Part shown: one piece after another, positions 21,649 through 35,053 of the stretch | Position numbering within the stretch: position 1 is the first letter of the stretch | How the letters are laid out: every line of letters begins with the position of its first letter | From: Escherichia coli | Lineage (GTDB): Bacteria > Pseudomonadota > Gammaproteobacteria > Enterobacterales > Enterobacteriaceae | Assembly (NCBI RefSeq): GCF_003334335.1 | Contig: NZ_QOWQ01000017.1 | Reading direction: 5' to 3' (one strand) | DNA: 64,000 bases | Translations under genes and position numbers: made by a program | Notes under the pieces: generated by a model | Database searches by the model: none | What the model was told of the DNA's origin: nothing | What the model saw: the letters and a program-made list of their open reading frames with translations, nothing else

Positions 21649-24231
21649 ATGCAAGAGCAATACCGCCCGGAAGAGATAGAATCCAAAGTACAGCTTCATT
21701 GGGATGAGAAGCGCACATTTGAAGTAACCGAAGACGAGAGCAAAGAGAAGTATTACTGCCTGTCTATGCTTCCCTATCCTTCTGGTCGACTACACATGGG
21801 CCACGTACGTAACTACACCATCGGTGACGTGATCGCCCGCTACCAGCGTATGCTGGGCAAAAACGTCCTGCAGCCGATCGGCTGGGACGCGTTTGGTCTG
21901 CCTGCGGAAGGCGCGGCGGTGAAAAACAACACCGCTCCGGCACCGTGGACGTACGACAACATCGCGTATATGAAAAACCAGCTCAAAATGCTGGGCTTTG
22001 GTTATGACTGGAGCCGCGAGCTGGCAACCTGTACGCCGGAATACTACCGTTGGGAACAGAAATTCTTCACCGAGCTGTATAAAAAAGGCCTGGTATATAA
22101 GAAGACTTCTGCGGTCAACTGGTGCCCGAACGACCAGACCGTACTGGCGAACGAACAAGTTATCGACGGCTGCTGCTGGCGCTGCGATACTAAAGTTGAA
22201 CGTAAAGAGATCCCGCAGTGGTTTATCAAAATCACTGCTTACGCTGACGAGCTGCTCAACGATCTGGATAAACTGGATCACTGGCCAGACACCGTTAAAA
22301 CCATGCAGCGTAACTGGATCGGTCGTTCCGAAGGCGTGGAGATCACCTTCAACGTTAACGACTATGACAACACGCTGACCGTTTACACTACCCGCCCGGA
22401 CACCTTTATGGGTTGTACCTACCTGGCGGTAGCTGCGGGTCATCCGCTGGCGCAGAAAGCGGCGGAAAATAATCCTGAACTGGCGGCCTTTATTGACGAA
22501 TGCCGTAACACCAAAGTTGCCGAAGCTGAAATGGCGACGATGGAGAAAAAAGGCGTCGATACTGGCTTTAAAGCGGTTCACCCATTAACGGGCGAAGAAA
22601 TTCCCGTTTGGGCAGCAAACTTCGTATTGATGGAGTACGGCACGGGCGCAGTTATGGCGGTACCGGGGCACGACCAGCGCGACTACGAGTTTGCCTCTAA
22701 ATACGGCCTGAACATCAAACCGGTTATCCTGGCAGCTGACGGCTCTGAGCCAGATCTTTCTCAGCAAGCCCTGACTGAAAAAGGCGTGCTGTTCAACTCT
22801 GGCGAGTTCAACGGTCTTGACCATGAAGCGGCCTTCAACGCCATCGCCGATAAACTGACTGCGATGGGCGTTGGCGAGCGTAAAGTGAACTACCGCCTGC
22901 GCGACTGGGGTGTTTCCCGTCAGCGTTACTGGGGCGCGCCGATTCCGATGGTGACGCTGGAAGACGGTACCGTAATGCCGACCCCGGACGACCAGCTGCC
23001 GGTGATCCTGCCGGAAGATGTGGTAATGGACGGCATTACCAGCCCGATTAAAGCAGATCCGGAGTGGGCGAAAACTACCGTTAACGGTATGCCAGCACTG
23101 CGTGAAACCGACACTTTCGACACCTTTATGGAGTCCTCCTGGTACTATGCGCGCTACACTTGCCCGCAGTACAAAGAAGGTATGCTGGATTCCGAAGCGG
23201 CTAACTACTGGCTGCCGGTGGATATCTACATTGGTGGTATTGAACACGCCATTATGCACCTGCTCTACTTCCGCTTCTTCCACAAACTGATGCGTGATGC
23301 AGGCATGGTGAACTCTGACGAACCAGCGAAACAGTTGCTGTGTCAGGGTATGGTGCTGGCAGATGCCTTCTACTATGTTGGCGAAAACGGCGAACGTAAC
23401 TGGGTTTCCCCGGTTGATGCTATCGTTGAACGTGACGAGAAAGGCCGTATCGTGAAAGCGAAAGATGCGGCAGGCCATGAACTGGTTTATACCGGCATGA
23501 GCAAAATGTCCAAGTCGAAGAACAACGGTATCGACCCGCAGGTGATGGTTGAACGTTACGGCGCGGACACCGTTCGTCTGTTTATGATGTTTGCTTCTCC
23601 GGCTGATATGACTCTCGAATGGCAGGAATCCGGTGTGGAAGGGGCTAACCGCTTCCTGAAACGTGTCTGGAAACTGGTTTACGAGCACACAGCAAAAGGT
23701 GATGTTGCGGCACTGAACGTTGATGCGCTGACTGAAAATCAGAAAGCGCTGCGTCGCGATGTGCATAAAACGATCGCTAAAGTGACCGATGATATCGGCC
23801 GTCGTCAGACCTTCAACACCGCAATTGCGGCGATTATGGAGCTGATGAACAAACTGGCGAAAGCACCAACCGATGGCGAGCAGGATCGCGCTCTGATGCA
23901 GGAAGCACTGCTGGCCGTTGTCCGTATGCTTAACCCGTTCACCCCGCACATCTGCTTCACGCTGTGGCAGGAACTGAAAGGCGAAGGCGATATCGACAAC
24001 GCGCCGTGGCCGGTTGCTGACGAAAAAGCGATGGTGGAAGACTCCACGCTGGTCGTGGTGCAGGTTAACGGTAAAGTCCGTGCCAAAATCACCGTTCCGG
24101 TGGACGCAACGGAAGAACAGGTTCGCGAACGTGCTGGCCAGGAACATCTGGTAGCAAAATATCTTGATGGCGTTACTGTACGTAAAGTGATTTACGTACC
24201 AGGTAAACTCCTCAATCTGGTCGTTGGCTAA
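21649..24231 (+). CDS. leuS: leucyl-tRNA synthetase
   Basis: 860 aa from ATG 21649; HMGH and KMSKS class I motifs; ORF-track 47-codon upstream extension rejected. Confidence 0.95.
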
Positions 24232-24245
24232 GCGCGGGAGGAAGC

Positions 24246-24827
24246 GTGCGATATCTGGCAACATTGTTGTTATCTCTGGCGGTGTTAATCACCGCCGGGT
24301 GTGGCTGGCATCTGCGTGATACCACGCAGGTTCCTTCCACTATGAAGGTCATGATCCTGGACTCAGGCGATCCGAACGGGCCATTAAGCCGTGCGGTGCG
24401 TAACCAGTTACGTCTGAATGGTGTCGAGTTGCTTGATAAAGAAACCACGCGTAAGGACGTTCCATCCTTGCGTTTGGGTAAAGTGAGCATCGCGAAAGAT
24501 ACCGCATCGGTATTCCGTAACGGTCAAACAGCAGAGTATCAGATGATCATGACGGTTAATGCGACCGTGTTGATCCCCGGCCGTGATATCTACCCGATTA
24601 GCGCCAAAGTCTTCCGTTCGTTCTTCGATAACCCGCAAATGGCGTTAGCGAAAGATAACGAACAAGACATGATCGTAAAAGAGATGTACGACCGTGCTGC
24701 CGAACAGCTGATTCGTAAGCTGCCAAGCATCCGTGCTGCGGATATTCGTTCCGACGAAGAACAGACGTCGACCACAACGGATACTCCGGCAACGCCTGCA
24801 CGCGTCTCCACCACGCTGGGTAACTGA
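24246..24827 (+). CDS. lptE: LPS-assembly lipoprotein LptE
   Basis: 193 aa, GTG start, lipobox LITAGC; recognised. Confidence 0.92.
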
Positions 24828-25858
24828 TGATTCGGTTGTACCCGGAACAACTCCGCGCGCAGCTCAATGAAGGGCTGCGCGCGGCGTATCTTTTACTTGG
24901 TAACGATCCTCTGTTATTGCAGGAAAGCCAGGACGCTGTTCGTCAGGTAGCTGCGGCACAAGGATTCGAAGAACACCACACTTTTTCCATTGATCCCAAC
25001 ACTGACTGGAATGCGATCTTTTCGTTATGCCAGGCTATGAGTCTGTTTGCCAGTCGACAAACGCTATTGCTGTTGTTACCAGAAAACGGACCGAATGCGG
25101 CGATCAATGAGCAACTTCTCACACTCACCGGACTTCTGCATGACGACCTGCTGTTGATCGTCCGCGGTAATAAATTAAGCAAAGCGCAAGAAAATGCCGC
25201 CTGGTTTACTGCGCTTGCGAATCGCAGCGTGCAGGTGACCTGTCAGACACCGGAGCAGGCTCAGCTTCCCCGCTGGGTTGCTGCGCGCGCAAAACAGCTC
25301 AACTTAGAACTGGATGACGCGGCAAATCAGGTGCTCTGCTACTGTTATGAAGGTAACCTGCTGGCGCTGGCTCAGGCACTGGAGCGTTTATCGCTGCTCT
25401 GGCCAGACGGCAAATTGACATTACCGCGCGTTGAACAGGCGGTGAATGATGCCGCGCATTTCACCCCTTTTCATTGGGTTGATGCTTTGTTGATGGGAAA
25501 AAGTAAGCGCGCATTGCATATTCTTCAGCAACTGCGTCTGGAAGGCAGCGAACCGGTTATTTTGTTGCGCACATTACAACGTGAACTGTTGTTACTGGTT
25601 AACCTGAAACGCCAGTCTGCCCATACGCCACTGCGTGCGTTGTTTGATAAGCATCGGGTATGGCAGAACCGCCGGGGCATGATGGGCGAGGCGTTAAATC
25701 GCTTAAGTCAGACGCAGTTACGTCAGGCCGTGCAACTCCTGACACGAACGGAACTCACCCTCAAACAAGATTACGGTCAGTCAGTGTGGGCAGAGCTGGA
25801 AGGGTTATCTCTTCTGTTGTGCCATAAACCCCTGGCGGACGTATTTATCGACGGTTGA
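24827..25858 (+). CDS. holA: DNA polymerase III delta subunit
   Basis: 343 aa; start overlaps lptE stop (TGATG); recognised. Confidence 0.93.
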
Positions 25859-25859
25859 T

Positions 25860-26501
25860 ATGAAATCTTTACAGGCTCTGTTTGGCGGCACCTTTGATCC
25901 GGTGCACTATGGTCATCTAAAACCCGTGGAAACGCTGGCGAATTTGATTGGTCTGACGCGGGTCACAATCATCCCTAATAATGTTCCTCCGCATCGTCCC
26001 CAGCCGGAAGCGAACAGCGTGCAGCGTAAACACATGCTTGAACTGGCGATTGCCGACAAGCCATTATTTACTCTTGATGAACGCGAGCTAAAGCGCAATG
26101 CCCCCTCTTACACTGCGCAAACACTGAAAGAGTGGCGGCAGGAACAAGGACCGGACGTGCCGCTGGCGTTTATTATTGGTCAGGATTCACTGCTGACCTT
26201 TCCGACCTGGTACGAATACGAAACGATACTCGACAATGCACATTTGATCGTCTGTCGGCGTCCAGGTTACCCACTTGAAATGGCGCAACCGCAATACCAG
26301 CAATGGCTGGAAGATCATTTGACACATAACCCGGAAGATCTTCACCTTCAGCCTGCCGGTAAAATTTATCTGGCTGAAACGCCGTGGTTTAACATCTCGG
26401 CGACCATCATCCGCGAACGTTTGCAAAACGGTGAATCATGTGAGGATTTATTGCCGGAACCGGTACTGACTTACATTAACCAACAAGGCTTGTATCGCTG
26501 A
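25860..26501 (+). CDS. nadD: nicotinate-mononucleotide adenylyltransferase
   Basis: 213 aa with [11 protein letters not shown] nucleotidyltransferase motif. Confidence 0.95.
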
Positions 26502-26524
26502 TACCTGTCGTTACGGAGGGCATG

Positions 26525-27136
26525 ATGCGACTGTGGTTAATTCGTCATGGTGAAACGCAAGCGAATATCGATGGTCTTTACAGCGGTCATGCGCCCACCC
26601 CCCTGACCGCGCGCGGTATTGAGCAAGCGCAAAATCTGCATACGCTGCTACATGGTGTTTCCTTTGATCTGGTTTTATGCAGTGAACTGGAACGGGCACA
26701 GCATACCGCGCGACTGGTTCTCAGTGACCGCCAGCTCCCCGTGCAAATCATACCTGAACTCAACGAAATGTTTTTTGGCGACTGGGAGATGCGACATCAT
26801 CGCGACCTCATGCAAGAAGATGCCGAAAACTATAGCGCGTGGTGCAATGACTGGCAGCATGCAATCCCCACGAACGGTGAAGGATTTCAGGCATTTTCGC
26901 AACGTGTGGAACGCTTTATCGCAAGGCTTAGTGAATTTCAGCACTATCAGAATATTTTAGTCGTCAGCCATCAGGGTGTACTGAGTCTGTTAATCGCCCG
27001 TTTAATTGGCATGCCTGCCGAGGCTATGTGGCATTTTCGCGTTGACCAGGGGTGTTGGAGCGCCATTGATATCAACCAAAAATTCGCGACGCTACGCGTC
27101 CTCAATAGCCGTGCCATCGGGGTCGAGAATGCATGA
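26525..27136 (+). CDS. cobC: adenosylcobalamin/alpha-ribazole phosphatase (histidine phosphatase family)
   Basis: 203 aa from second ATG; RHGET phosphoglycerate-mutase-like motif. Confidence 0.9.
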   Translation: MRLWLIRHGETQANIDGLYSGHAPTPLTARGIEQAQNLHTLLHGVSFDLVLCSELERAQHTARLVLSDRQLPVQIIPELNEMFFGDWEMRHHRDLMQEDAENYSAWCNDWQHAIPTNGEGFQAFSQRVERFIARLSEFQHYQNILVVSHQGVLSLLIARLIGMPAEAMWHFRVDQGCWSAIDINQKFATLRVLNSRAIGVENA

Positions 27137-27377
27137 CTTTTCTGTTTTTTTACGGGTAAGCCGCAACGACCATTGACAGACCCGGGCAGGCTGATATTCT
27201 CCGCAGCCAGACTTTTTCCGCCAGACACGACTTTGTAGAAATTGTTTTACAAAAATGGCGATGCAATCTGCGGCGCGGGGTGGGATGATAGCCCACTTTC
27301 GAAAGCCGATTCGGCGACAATTGTCCCGAAATCGCCTCTGGTTCAGGTATACTGACAGACCATTTTTATCTATTTGA

Positions 27378-27713
<336 letters not shown>

Positions 27714-27716
27714 TGC

Positions 27717-28184
27717 GTGAAGCTGCAACTTGTCGCCGTGGGAACGAAAATGCCGGACTGGGTACAAACCGGTTTTACCGAGTACCTGCGTCGTTTTCCG
27801 AAAGATATGCCCTTCGAGCTGATTGAAATTCCGGCCGGAAAACGCGGCAAGAATGCGGACATCAAGCGCATACTCGACAAAGAGGGTGAGCAGATGTTGG
27901 CGGCCGCAGGCAAAAACCGCATTGTCACCCTCGATATTCCAGGCAAGCCCTGGGATACGCCGCAGTTAGCCGCTGAGCTGGAACGCTGGAAGCTGGATGG
28001 TCGCGACGTCAGTCTACTGATTGGCGGGCCTGAAGGGTTGTCGCCTGCCTGTAAAGCGGCGGCTGAGCAGAGCTGGTCGCTGTCGGCGCTTACCCTCCCC
28101 CATCCGCTGGTTCGCGTGCTGGTCGCAGAGAGTCTGTACCGGGCGTGGAGCATCACCACCAACCATCCTTATCACCGTGAGTGA
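27717..28184 (+). CDS. rlmH: 23S rRNA m3-pseudouridine1915 methyltransferase
   Basis: 155 aa SPOUT-family protein, GTG start 4 nt after rsfS stop. Confidence 0.92.
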
Positions 28185-28214
28185 TAAGGGAGCTTTGAGT
28201 AGAAAACGCAGCGG

Positions 28215-30116
28215 ATGAAACTACAGAACTCTTTTCGCGACTATACGGCAGAGTCCGCGCTGTTTGTGCGCCGGGCGCTGGTCGCCTTTTTGGGGATTTT
28301 GCTGCTGACCGGCGTGCTTATCGCCAACCTGTATAATCTGCAAATTGTTCGCTTTACCGACTACCAGACCCGCTCTAATGAAAACCGCATTAAGCTGGTG
28401 CCTATCGCGCCCAGCCGCGGCATTATCTACGATCGTAACGGTATCCCTCTGGCCCTCAACCGCACTATCTACCAGATAGAAATGATGCCGGAGAAAGTCG
28501 ATAACGTGCAGCAAACGCTGGACGCTTTGCGCAGCGTGGTAGATCTGACCGATGACGATATTGCTGCATTCCGAAAAGAGCGCGCACGTTCACACCGTTT
28601 CACCTCTATTCCGGTGAAAACTAACCTGACCGAAGTACAAGTAGCTCGCTTTGCCGTCAATCAGTACCGTTTTCCGGGTGTCGAAGTTAAAGGCTATAAA
28701 CGTCGTTACTATCCTTACGGTTCGGCGTTGACCCACGTCATCGGCTATGTGTCGAAAATCAACGATAAAGACGTCGAACGCCTGAATAATGACGGCAAAC
28801 TGGCCAACTATGCGGCAACGCATGATATCGGTAAGCTGGGCATTGAGCGTTACTATGAAGATGTGCTGCACGGTCAGACCGGTTATGAAGAGGTTGAAGT
28901 TAACAACCGTGGGCGTGTTATTCGCCAGTTAAAAGAAGTACCACCGCAAGCCGGACACGATATTTACCTGACGCTGGATCTCAAACTCCAGCAATATATT
29001 GAAACGCTGCTGGCGGGTAGCCGCGCAGCTGTGGTAGTCACCGATCCGCGTACAGGTGGGGTGCTGGCGCTGGTTTCCACGCCTAGTTATGACCCAAACT
29101 TGTTTGTTGACGGTATCTCCAGCAAAGATTATTCCGCCTTGTTGAACGATCCGAATACACCGCTGGTGAACCGCGCCACACAGGGGGTTTATCCTCCCGC
29201 GTCTACAGTTAAACCCTATGTGGCGGTTTCGGCATTGAGCGCCGGGGTGATCACGCGCAATACGACGCTGTTTGACCCAGGCTGGTGGCAACTGCCAGGT
29301 TCGGAAAAACGTTATCGTGACTGGAAAAAATGGGGCCACGGGCGTCTGAATGTCACAAGATCGCTGGAAGAATCTGCGGATACCTTCTTCTATCAGGTGG
29401 CCTACGATATGGGGATCGATCGCCTCTCCGAATGGATGGGTAAATTCGGTTATGGTCATTACACCGGTATCGACCTGGCGGAAGAACGTTCCGGCAACAT
29501 GCCTACCCGCGAATGGAAACAGAAACGCTTTAAAAAACCGTGGTATCAGGGTGACACCATTCCGGTTGGTATCGGTCAGGGTTACTGGACAGCGACCCCA
29601 ATCCAGATGAGTAAGGCACTGATGATCCTGATTAATGACGGTATCGTGAAGGTTCCTCATTTGCTGATGAGCACCGCCGAAGACGGCAAACAGGTGCCAT
29701 GGGTACAGCCGCATGAACCGCCCGTCGGCGATATTCATTCCGGTTACTGGGAGCTGGCGAAAGACGGTATGTACGGTGTTGCTAACCGCCCTAACGGTAC
29801 GGCGCATAAATACTTTGCTAGCGCACCGTACAAAATTGCGGCGAAATCCGGTACCGCTCAGGTCTTCGGTCTGAAAGCGAACGAAACCTATAATGCGCAC
29901 AAAATTGCCGAGCGTTTACGTGACCACAAACTGATGACCGCCTTTGCGCCATACAACAATCCGCAAGTGGCTGTCGCCATGATTCTGGAGAACGGTGGTG
30001 CGGGTCCGGCGGTTGGTACACTGATGCGCCAGATCCTCGACCACATTATGCTGGGTGATAACAACACCGATCTGCCTGCGGAAAATCCAGCGGTTGCCGC
30101 AGCGGAGGACCATTAA
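28215..30116 (+). CDS. mrdA: penicillin-binding protein 2 (elongasome transpeptidase)
   Basis: 633 aa; transpeptidase motifs STVK, SGN, KSGT read directly. Confidence 0.95.
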   Translation: MKLQNSFRDYTAESALFVRRALVAFLGILLLTGVLIANLYNLQIVRFTDYQTRSNENRIKLVPIAPSRGIIYDRNGIPLALNRTIYQIEMMPEKVDNVQQTLDALRSVVDLTDDDIAAFRKERARSHRFTSIPVKTNLTEVQVARFAVNQYRFPGVEVKGYKRRYYPYGSALTHVIGYVSKINDKDVERLNNDGKLANYAATHDIGKLGIERYYEDVLHGQTGYEEVEVNNRGRVIRQLKEVPPQAGHDIYLTLDLKLQQYIETLLAGSRAAVVVTDPRTGGVLALVSTPSYDPNLFVDGISSKDYSALLNDPNTPLVNRATQGVYPPASTVKPYVAVSALSAGVITRNTTLFDPGWWQLPGSEKRYRDWKKWGHGRLNVTRSLEESADTFFYQVAYDMGIDRLSEWMGKFGYGHYTGIDLAEERSGNMPTREWKQKRFKKPWYQGDTIPVGIGQGYWTATPIQMSKALMILINDGIVKVPHLLMSTAEDGKQVPWVQPHEPPVGDIHSGYWELAKDGMYGVANRPNGTAHKYFASAPYKIAAKSGTAQVFGLKANETYNAHKIAERLRDHKLMTAFAPYNNPQVAVAMILENGGAGPAVGTLMRQILDHIMLGDNNTDLPAENPAVAAAEDH

Positions 30117-30118
30117 TC

Positions 30119-31231
30119 ATGACGGATAATCCGAATAAAAAAACATTCTGGGATAAAGTCCATCTCGATCCCACAATGCTGCTGATCTTACTGGCATTGC
30201 TGGTTTACAGCGCCCTGGTTATCTGGAGCGCCAGCGGTCAGGATATTGGCATGATGGAGCGTAAAATCGGCCAAATCGCGATGGGTCTGGTCATCATGGT
30301 GGTGATGGCGCAAATTCCTCCACGCGTTTATGAAGGCTGGGCCCCCTATCTCTATATCATCTGTATTATTTTGCTGGTGGCGGTAGATGCTTTCGGTGCC
30401 ATCTCTAAAGGTGCTCAACGCTGGCTGGACCTCGGTATTGTTCGTTTTCAGCCGTCGGAAATTGCCAAAATAGCCGTACCACTGATGGTTGCGCGCTTTA
30501 TCAACCGCGACGTTTGCCCGCCATCGTTGAAGAACACTGGCATCGCGCTGGTGCTGATATTTATGCCCACGCTGCTGGTGGCTGCACAGCCTGACCTGGG
30601 AACATCAATCCTCGTTGCGCTTTCCGGTCTGTTTGTACTGTTCCTCTCTGGCCTTAGCTGGCGTCTGATTGGCGTCGCAGTAGTGCTGGTAGCGGCGTTC
30701 ATTCCGATTCTGTGGTTCTTCCTGATGCATGATTACCAGCGCCAGCGCGTAATGATGCTCCTGGACCCGGAATCAGACCCACTCGGCGCGGGCTATCACA
30801 TTATTCAGTCTAAAATTGCTATTGGCTCCGGCGGATTACGCGGCAAAGGCTGGCTGCACGGCACTCAGTCACAGCTTGAATTTCTCCCCGAACGCCATAC
30901 TGACTTTATCTTCGCGGTACTGGCGGAAGAGCTGGGATTAGTGGGCATTCTGATTCTGCTCGCTCTCTACATTCTGCTGATCATGCGCGGGCTGTGGATA
31001 GCCGCCAGAGCGCAAACCACCTTTGGTCGCGTCATGGCTGGCGGCTTAATGCTGATATTATTCGTTTATGTCTTCGTAAATATTGGTATGGTAAGCGGTA
31101 TTCTGCCGGTTGTAGGGGTTCCGCTCCCACTGGTCAGTTATGGAGGATCGGCGCTAATTGTGCTGATGGCTGGGTTCGGGATTGTAATGTCAATCCACAC
31201 CCACAGGAAAATGTTGTCGAAAAGCGTGTAA
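30119..31231 (+). CDS. mrdB: peptidoglycan glycosyltransferase RodA (SEDS family)
   Basis: 370 aa polytopic SEDS protein; start 3 nt after mrdA stop. Confidence 0.95.
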   Translation: MTDNPNKKTFWDKVHLDPTMLLILLALLVYSALVIWSASGQDIGMMERKIGQIAMGLVIMVVMAQIPPRVYEGWAPYLYIICIILLVAVDAFGAISKGAQRWLDLGIVRFQPSEIAKIAVPLMVARFINRDVCPPSLKNTGIALVLIFMPTLLVAAQPDLGTSILVALSGLFVLFLSGLSWRLIGVAVVLVAAFIPILWFFLMHDYQRQRVMMLLDPESDPLGAGYHIIQSKIAIGSGGLRGKGWLHGTQSQLEFLPERHTDFIFAVLAEELGLVGILILLALYILLIMRGLWIAARAQTTFGRVMAGGLMLILFVYVFVNIGMVSGILPVVGVPLPLVSYGGSALIVLMAGFGIVMSIHTHRKMLSKSV

Positions 31232-31241
31232 GAGGTGCGCA

Positions 31242-32330
31242 ATGCGTAAGCAGTGGCTCGGGATCTGCATCGCGGCAGGAATGCTCGCGGCATGTACAAG
31301 CGATGATGGTCAGCAACAGACGGTAAGTGTACCGCAGCCTGCGGTATGTAACGGCCCTATAGTTGAAATTAGCGGGGCGGACCCGCGTTTCGAACCACTG
31401 AACGCGACGGCAAATCAGGATTACCAGCGCGACGGTAAAAGCTACAAAATCGTGCAGGATCCGTCTCGATTTAGCCAGGCGGGACTGGCGGCAATCTATG
31501 ATGCCGAACCCGGCAGTAACCTGACGGCCTCTGGCGAAGCATTCGATCCGACACAGCTGACGGCAGCCCATCCAACGCTTCCGATCCCCAGCTACGCCAG
31601 AATCACTAACCTGGCTAACGGGCGAATGATCGTGGTGCGCATTAATGATCGCGGCCCTTACGGCAACGACCGCGTTATTTCACTTTCTCGCGCGGCAGCT
31701 GACCGTCTTAACACGTCAAACAACACCAAAGTTCGTATCGATCCGATTATTGTTGCCCAGGATGGTTCGCTTTCTGGTCCTGGTATGGCTTGTACCACAG
31801 TCGCCAAACAGACTTACGCCCTGCCTGCACCTCCCGATTTAAGCGGTGGCGCGGGAACAAGTTCAGTGTCTGGCCCGCAGGGTGACATTCTTCCGGTCAG
31901 TAATTCGACGCTAAAAAGCGAAGATCCGACCGGCGCGCCGGTAACCAGTAGCGGTTTCCTCGGCGCACCAACGACCTTAGCGCCTGGTGTACTGGAAGGC
32001 AGCGAACCGACGCCTGCGCCACAGCCCGTTGTTACAGCTCCGTCGACAACGCCTGCAACCTCGCCTGCAATGGTGACACCGCAAGCCGTCTCGCAAAGCG
32101 CCAGCGGCAACTTTATGGTGCAAGTCGGGGCCGTAAGCGATCAGGCTCGTGCGCAACAGTACCAACAGCAACTGGGACAGAAGTTCGGCGTCCCCGGTCG
32201 CGTAACTCAAAATGGCGCGGTCTGGCGGATCCAGCTTGGCCCATTCGCCAGCAAAGCCGAAGCCAGTACCTTGCAGCAACGTTTGCAAACCGAAGCCCAA
32301 TTACAGTCATTTATTACTACCGCGCAGTAG
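31242..32330 (+). CDS. rlpA: septal ring lytic transglycosylase lipoprotein RlpA
   Basis: 362 aa; lipobox LAAC, DPBB domain, Pro/Thr-rich linker, C-terminal SPOR domain. Confidence 0.93.
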   Translation: MRKQWLGICIAAGMLAACTSDDGQQQTVSVPQPAVCNGPIVEISGADPRFEPLNATANQDYQRDGKSYKIVQDPSRFSQAGLAAIYDAEPGSNLTASGEAFDPTQLTAAHPTLPIPSYARITNLANGRMIVVRINDRGPYGNDRVISLSRAAADRLNTSNNTKVRIDPIIVAQDGSLSGPGMACTTVAKQTYALPAPPDLSGGAGTSSVSGPQGDILPVSNSTLKSEDPTGAPVTSSGFLGAPTTLAPGVLEGSEPTPAPQPVVTAPSTTPATSPAMVTPQAVSQSASGNFMVQVGAVSDQARAQQYQQQLGQKFGVPGRVTQNGAVWRIQLGPFASKAEASTLQQRLQTEAQLQSFITTAQ

Positions 32331-32468
32331 CGTAAAGCAGGCATCTGATGTGTCAATTTCTGTAAATGACGTTAACAAAGTCACGCGGAAAGTCAGATGC
32401 CTGCCGGTAGTGCATTTGCTATAGTAGGGCACTTTTTTAATTCCATCACGGATGTCGTAGTTCAGACC

Positions 32469-33680
32469 ATGAATACCATTTTTTCCGCTCGTATCATGAA
32501 GCGCCTGGCGCTCACCACGGCTCTTTGCACAGCCTTTATCTCTGCTGCACATGCCGATGACCTGAATATCAAAACTATGATCCCGGGTGTACCGCAGATC
32601 GATGCGGAGTCCTACATCCTGATTGACTATAACTCCGGCAAAGTGCTCGCCGAACAGAACGCAGATGTCCGCCGCGATCCTGCCAGCCTGACCAAAATGA
32701 TGACCAGTTACGTTATCGGCCAGGCAATGAAAGCCGGTAAATTTAAAGAAACTGATTTAGTCACTATCGGCAACGACGCATGGGCCACCGGTAACCCGGT
32801 GTTTAAAGGTTCTTCGCTGATGTTCCTCAAACCGGGCATGCAGGTTCCGGTTTCTCAGCTGATCCGCGGTATTAACCTGCAATCGGGTAACGATGCTTGT
32901 GTCGCCATGGCCGATTTTGCCGCTGGTAGCCAGGACGCTTTTGTTGGCTTGATGAACAGCTACGTTAACGCACTGGGCCTGAAAAATACCCACTTCCAGA
33001 CGGTACATGGTCTGGATGCTGATGGTCAGTACAGCTCCGCGCGAGATATGGCGCTGATCGGCCAGGCATTGATCCGTGACGTACCGAATGAATACTCGAT
33101 CTATAAAGAAAAAGAATTTACGTTTAACGGTATTCGCCAGCTGAACCGTAACGGCCTGTTATGGGATAACAGCCTGAATGTCGACGGCATCAAAACCGGA
33201 CACACTGACAAAGCAGGTTACAACCTTGTTGCTTCTGCGACTGAAGGCCAGATGCGCTTGATTTCTGCGGTAATGGGCGGACGTACTTTTAAAGGCCGTG
33301 AAGCCGAAAGTAAAAAACTGCTAACCTGGGGCTTCCGTTTCTTTGAAACCGTTAACCCACTGAAAGTAGGTAAAGAGTTCGCCTCTGAACCGGTTTGGTT
33401 TGGTGATTCTGATCGCGCTTCGTTAGGGGTTGATAAAGACGTGTACCTGACCATTCCGCGTGGTCGCATGAAAGATCTGAAAGCCAGCTATGTGCTGAAC
33501 AGCAGTGAATTGCATGCGCCGCTGCAAAAGAATCAGGTCGTCGGAACTATCAACTTCCAGCTTGATGGCAAAACGATCGAGCAACGCCCGCTGGTTGTGT
33601 TGCAAGAAATCCCGGAAGGTAACTTCTTCGGCAAAATCATTGATTACATTAAATTAATGTTCCATCACTGGTTTGGTTAA
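32469..33680 (+). CDS. dacA: D-alanyl-D-alanine carboxypeptidase PBP5
   Basis: 403 aa from ATG 32469 with signal peptide; SLTK, SGN, KTG motifs; ORF-track upstream extension rejected. Confidence 0.94.
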
Positions 33681-33789
33681 AAATTAAACACTTGAAAGTG
33701 TAATTTCCGTCCCCATATACTAAGCATCAGTAAAAAACTCCCGCCTTCTGGCGGGAGTTGCTATTTAATTACGTTACGCCGGAGCTGAC

Positions 33790-34053
33790 ATGAAAACCAA
33801 ACTTAACGAACTGCTTGAATTCCCTACTCCTTTTACTTACAAAGTTATGGGGCAGGCGTTACCTGAGCTGGTTGATCAGGTGGTTGAAGTGGTACAGCGC
33901 CATGCGCCAGGTGACTACACCCCAACGGTAAAACCAAGCAGCAAAGGCAACTACCACTCGGTATCTATCACTATCAACGCCACTCATATCGAGCAGGTTG
34001 AAACACTGTATGAAGAACTGGGCAAAATCGATATTGTCCGCATGGTTCTGTAA
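33790..34053 (+). CDS. ybeD: UPF0250 (DUF493) protein YbeD
   Basis: 87 aa; recognised. Confidence 0.9.
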
Positions 34054-34153
34054 CTCGCTTCTCCGTTACCCGGCTCCTGGTCGGGTAACTCCCCTCTCCT
34101 CGCTGTGATATACTTTTCCCCCACTTTTACTCATTCTCCACGGAGATGCCGTT

Positions 34154-34795
34154 TTGTATCAGGATAAAATTCTTGTCCGCCAGCTCGGTCTTCAGCCTTA
34201 CGAGCCAATCTCCCAGGCTATGCATGAATTCACCGATACCCGCGATGATAGTACCCTTGATGAAATCTGGCTGGTCGAGCACTATCCGGTATTCACCCAA
34301 GGTCAGGCAGGAAAAGCGGAGCACATTTTAATGCCGGGTGATATTCCGGTGATCCAGAGCGATCGCGGTGGGCAGGTGACTTATCACGGGCCGGGGCAAC
34401 AGGTGATGTATGTGTTGCTTAACCTGAAACGCCGTAAACTCGGTGTGCGTGAACTGGTGACCTTGCTTGAGCAAACAGTGGTGAATACCCTGGCTGAACT
34501 GGGTATAGAAGCGCATCCTCGGGCTGACGCGCCAGGTGTCTATGTTGGGGAAAAGAAAATTTGCTCACTGGGTTTACGTATTCGACGCGGTTGTTCATTC
34601 CACGGTCTGGCATTAAACGTCAATATGGATCTTTCACCATTTTTACGTATTAATCCTTGTGGGTATGCCGGAATGGAAATGGCTAAAATATCACAATGGA
34701 AACCCGAAGCGACGACTAATAATATTGCTCCACGTTTACTGGAAAATATTTTAGCGCTACTAAACAATCCGGACTTCGAATATATTACCGCTTAA
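34154..34795 (+). CDS. lipB: octanoyltransferase (lipoyl(octanoyl) transferase)
   Basis: 213 aa, TTG start; recognised LipB. Confidence 0.92.
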
Positions 34796-35053
34796 TTCCA
34801 TACATCAATGGCCCAATTTACACTGGGTCATTACTCATAATATCTGCTAATGCTTTACATCTCCTTCGCGTTTGTATATTTTCTTTATCACTTGCAGAAA
34901 TGCGGTGCCACGCCTTGCTCCGTAACTCACCCCATTGATTAACCTATTGAAATAGTTGATTATGGTGAGCAAAAGCGTTCCGTTCCAATTAGACATAAGA
35001 TTATTGTAATTTTTTAAATATTATTTTTCCATGAATAAAATTGGAGTAAGTGC

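Noticed and set aside
22585-24264. 559-aa minus-strand ORF antisense to leuS
   Set aside because: Lies entirely within the well-supported leuS frame, and the translation is low-complexity and Arg/His-rich; a typical spurious antisense ORF in a GC-rich, codon-biased gene.
28929-29900. 323-aa minus-strand ORF antisense to mrdA, with similar long antisense ORFs in citE (45813-46859), lipA (36132-36980), miaB (3090-3791) and ahpF (55366-56034)
   Set aside because: All are contained within confidently identified genes on the opposite strand and show no recognisable motifs; treated as shadow ORFs.
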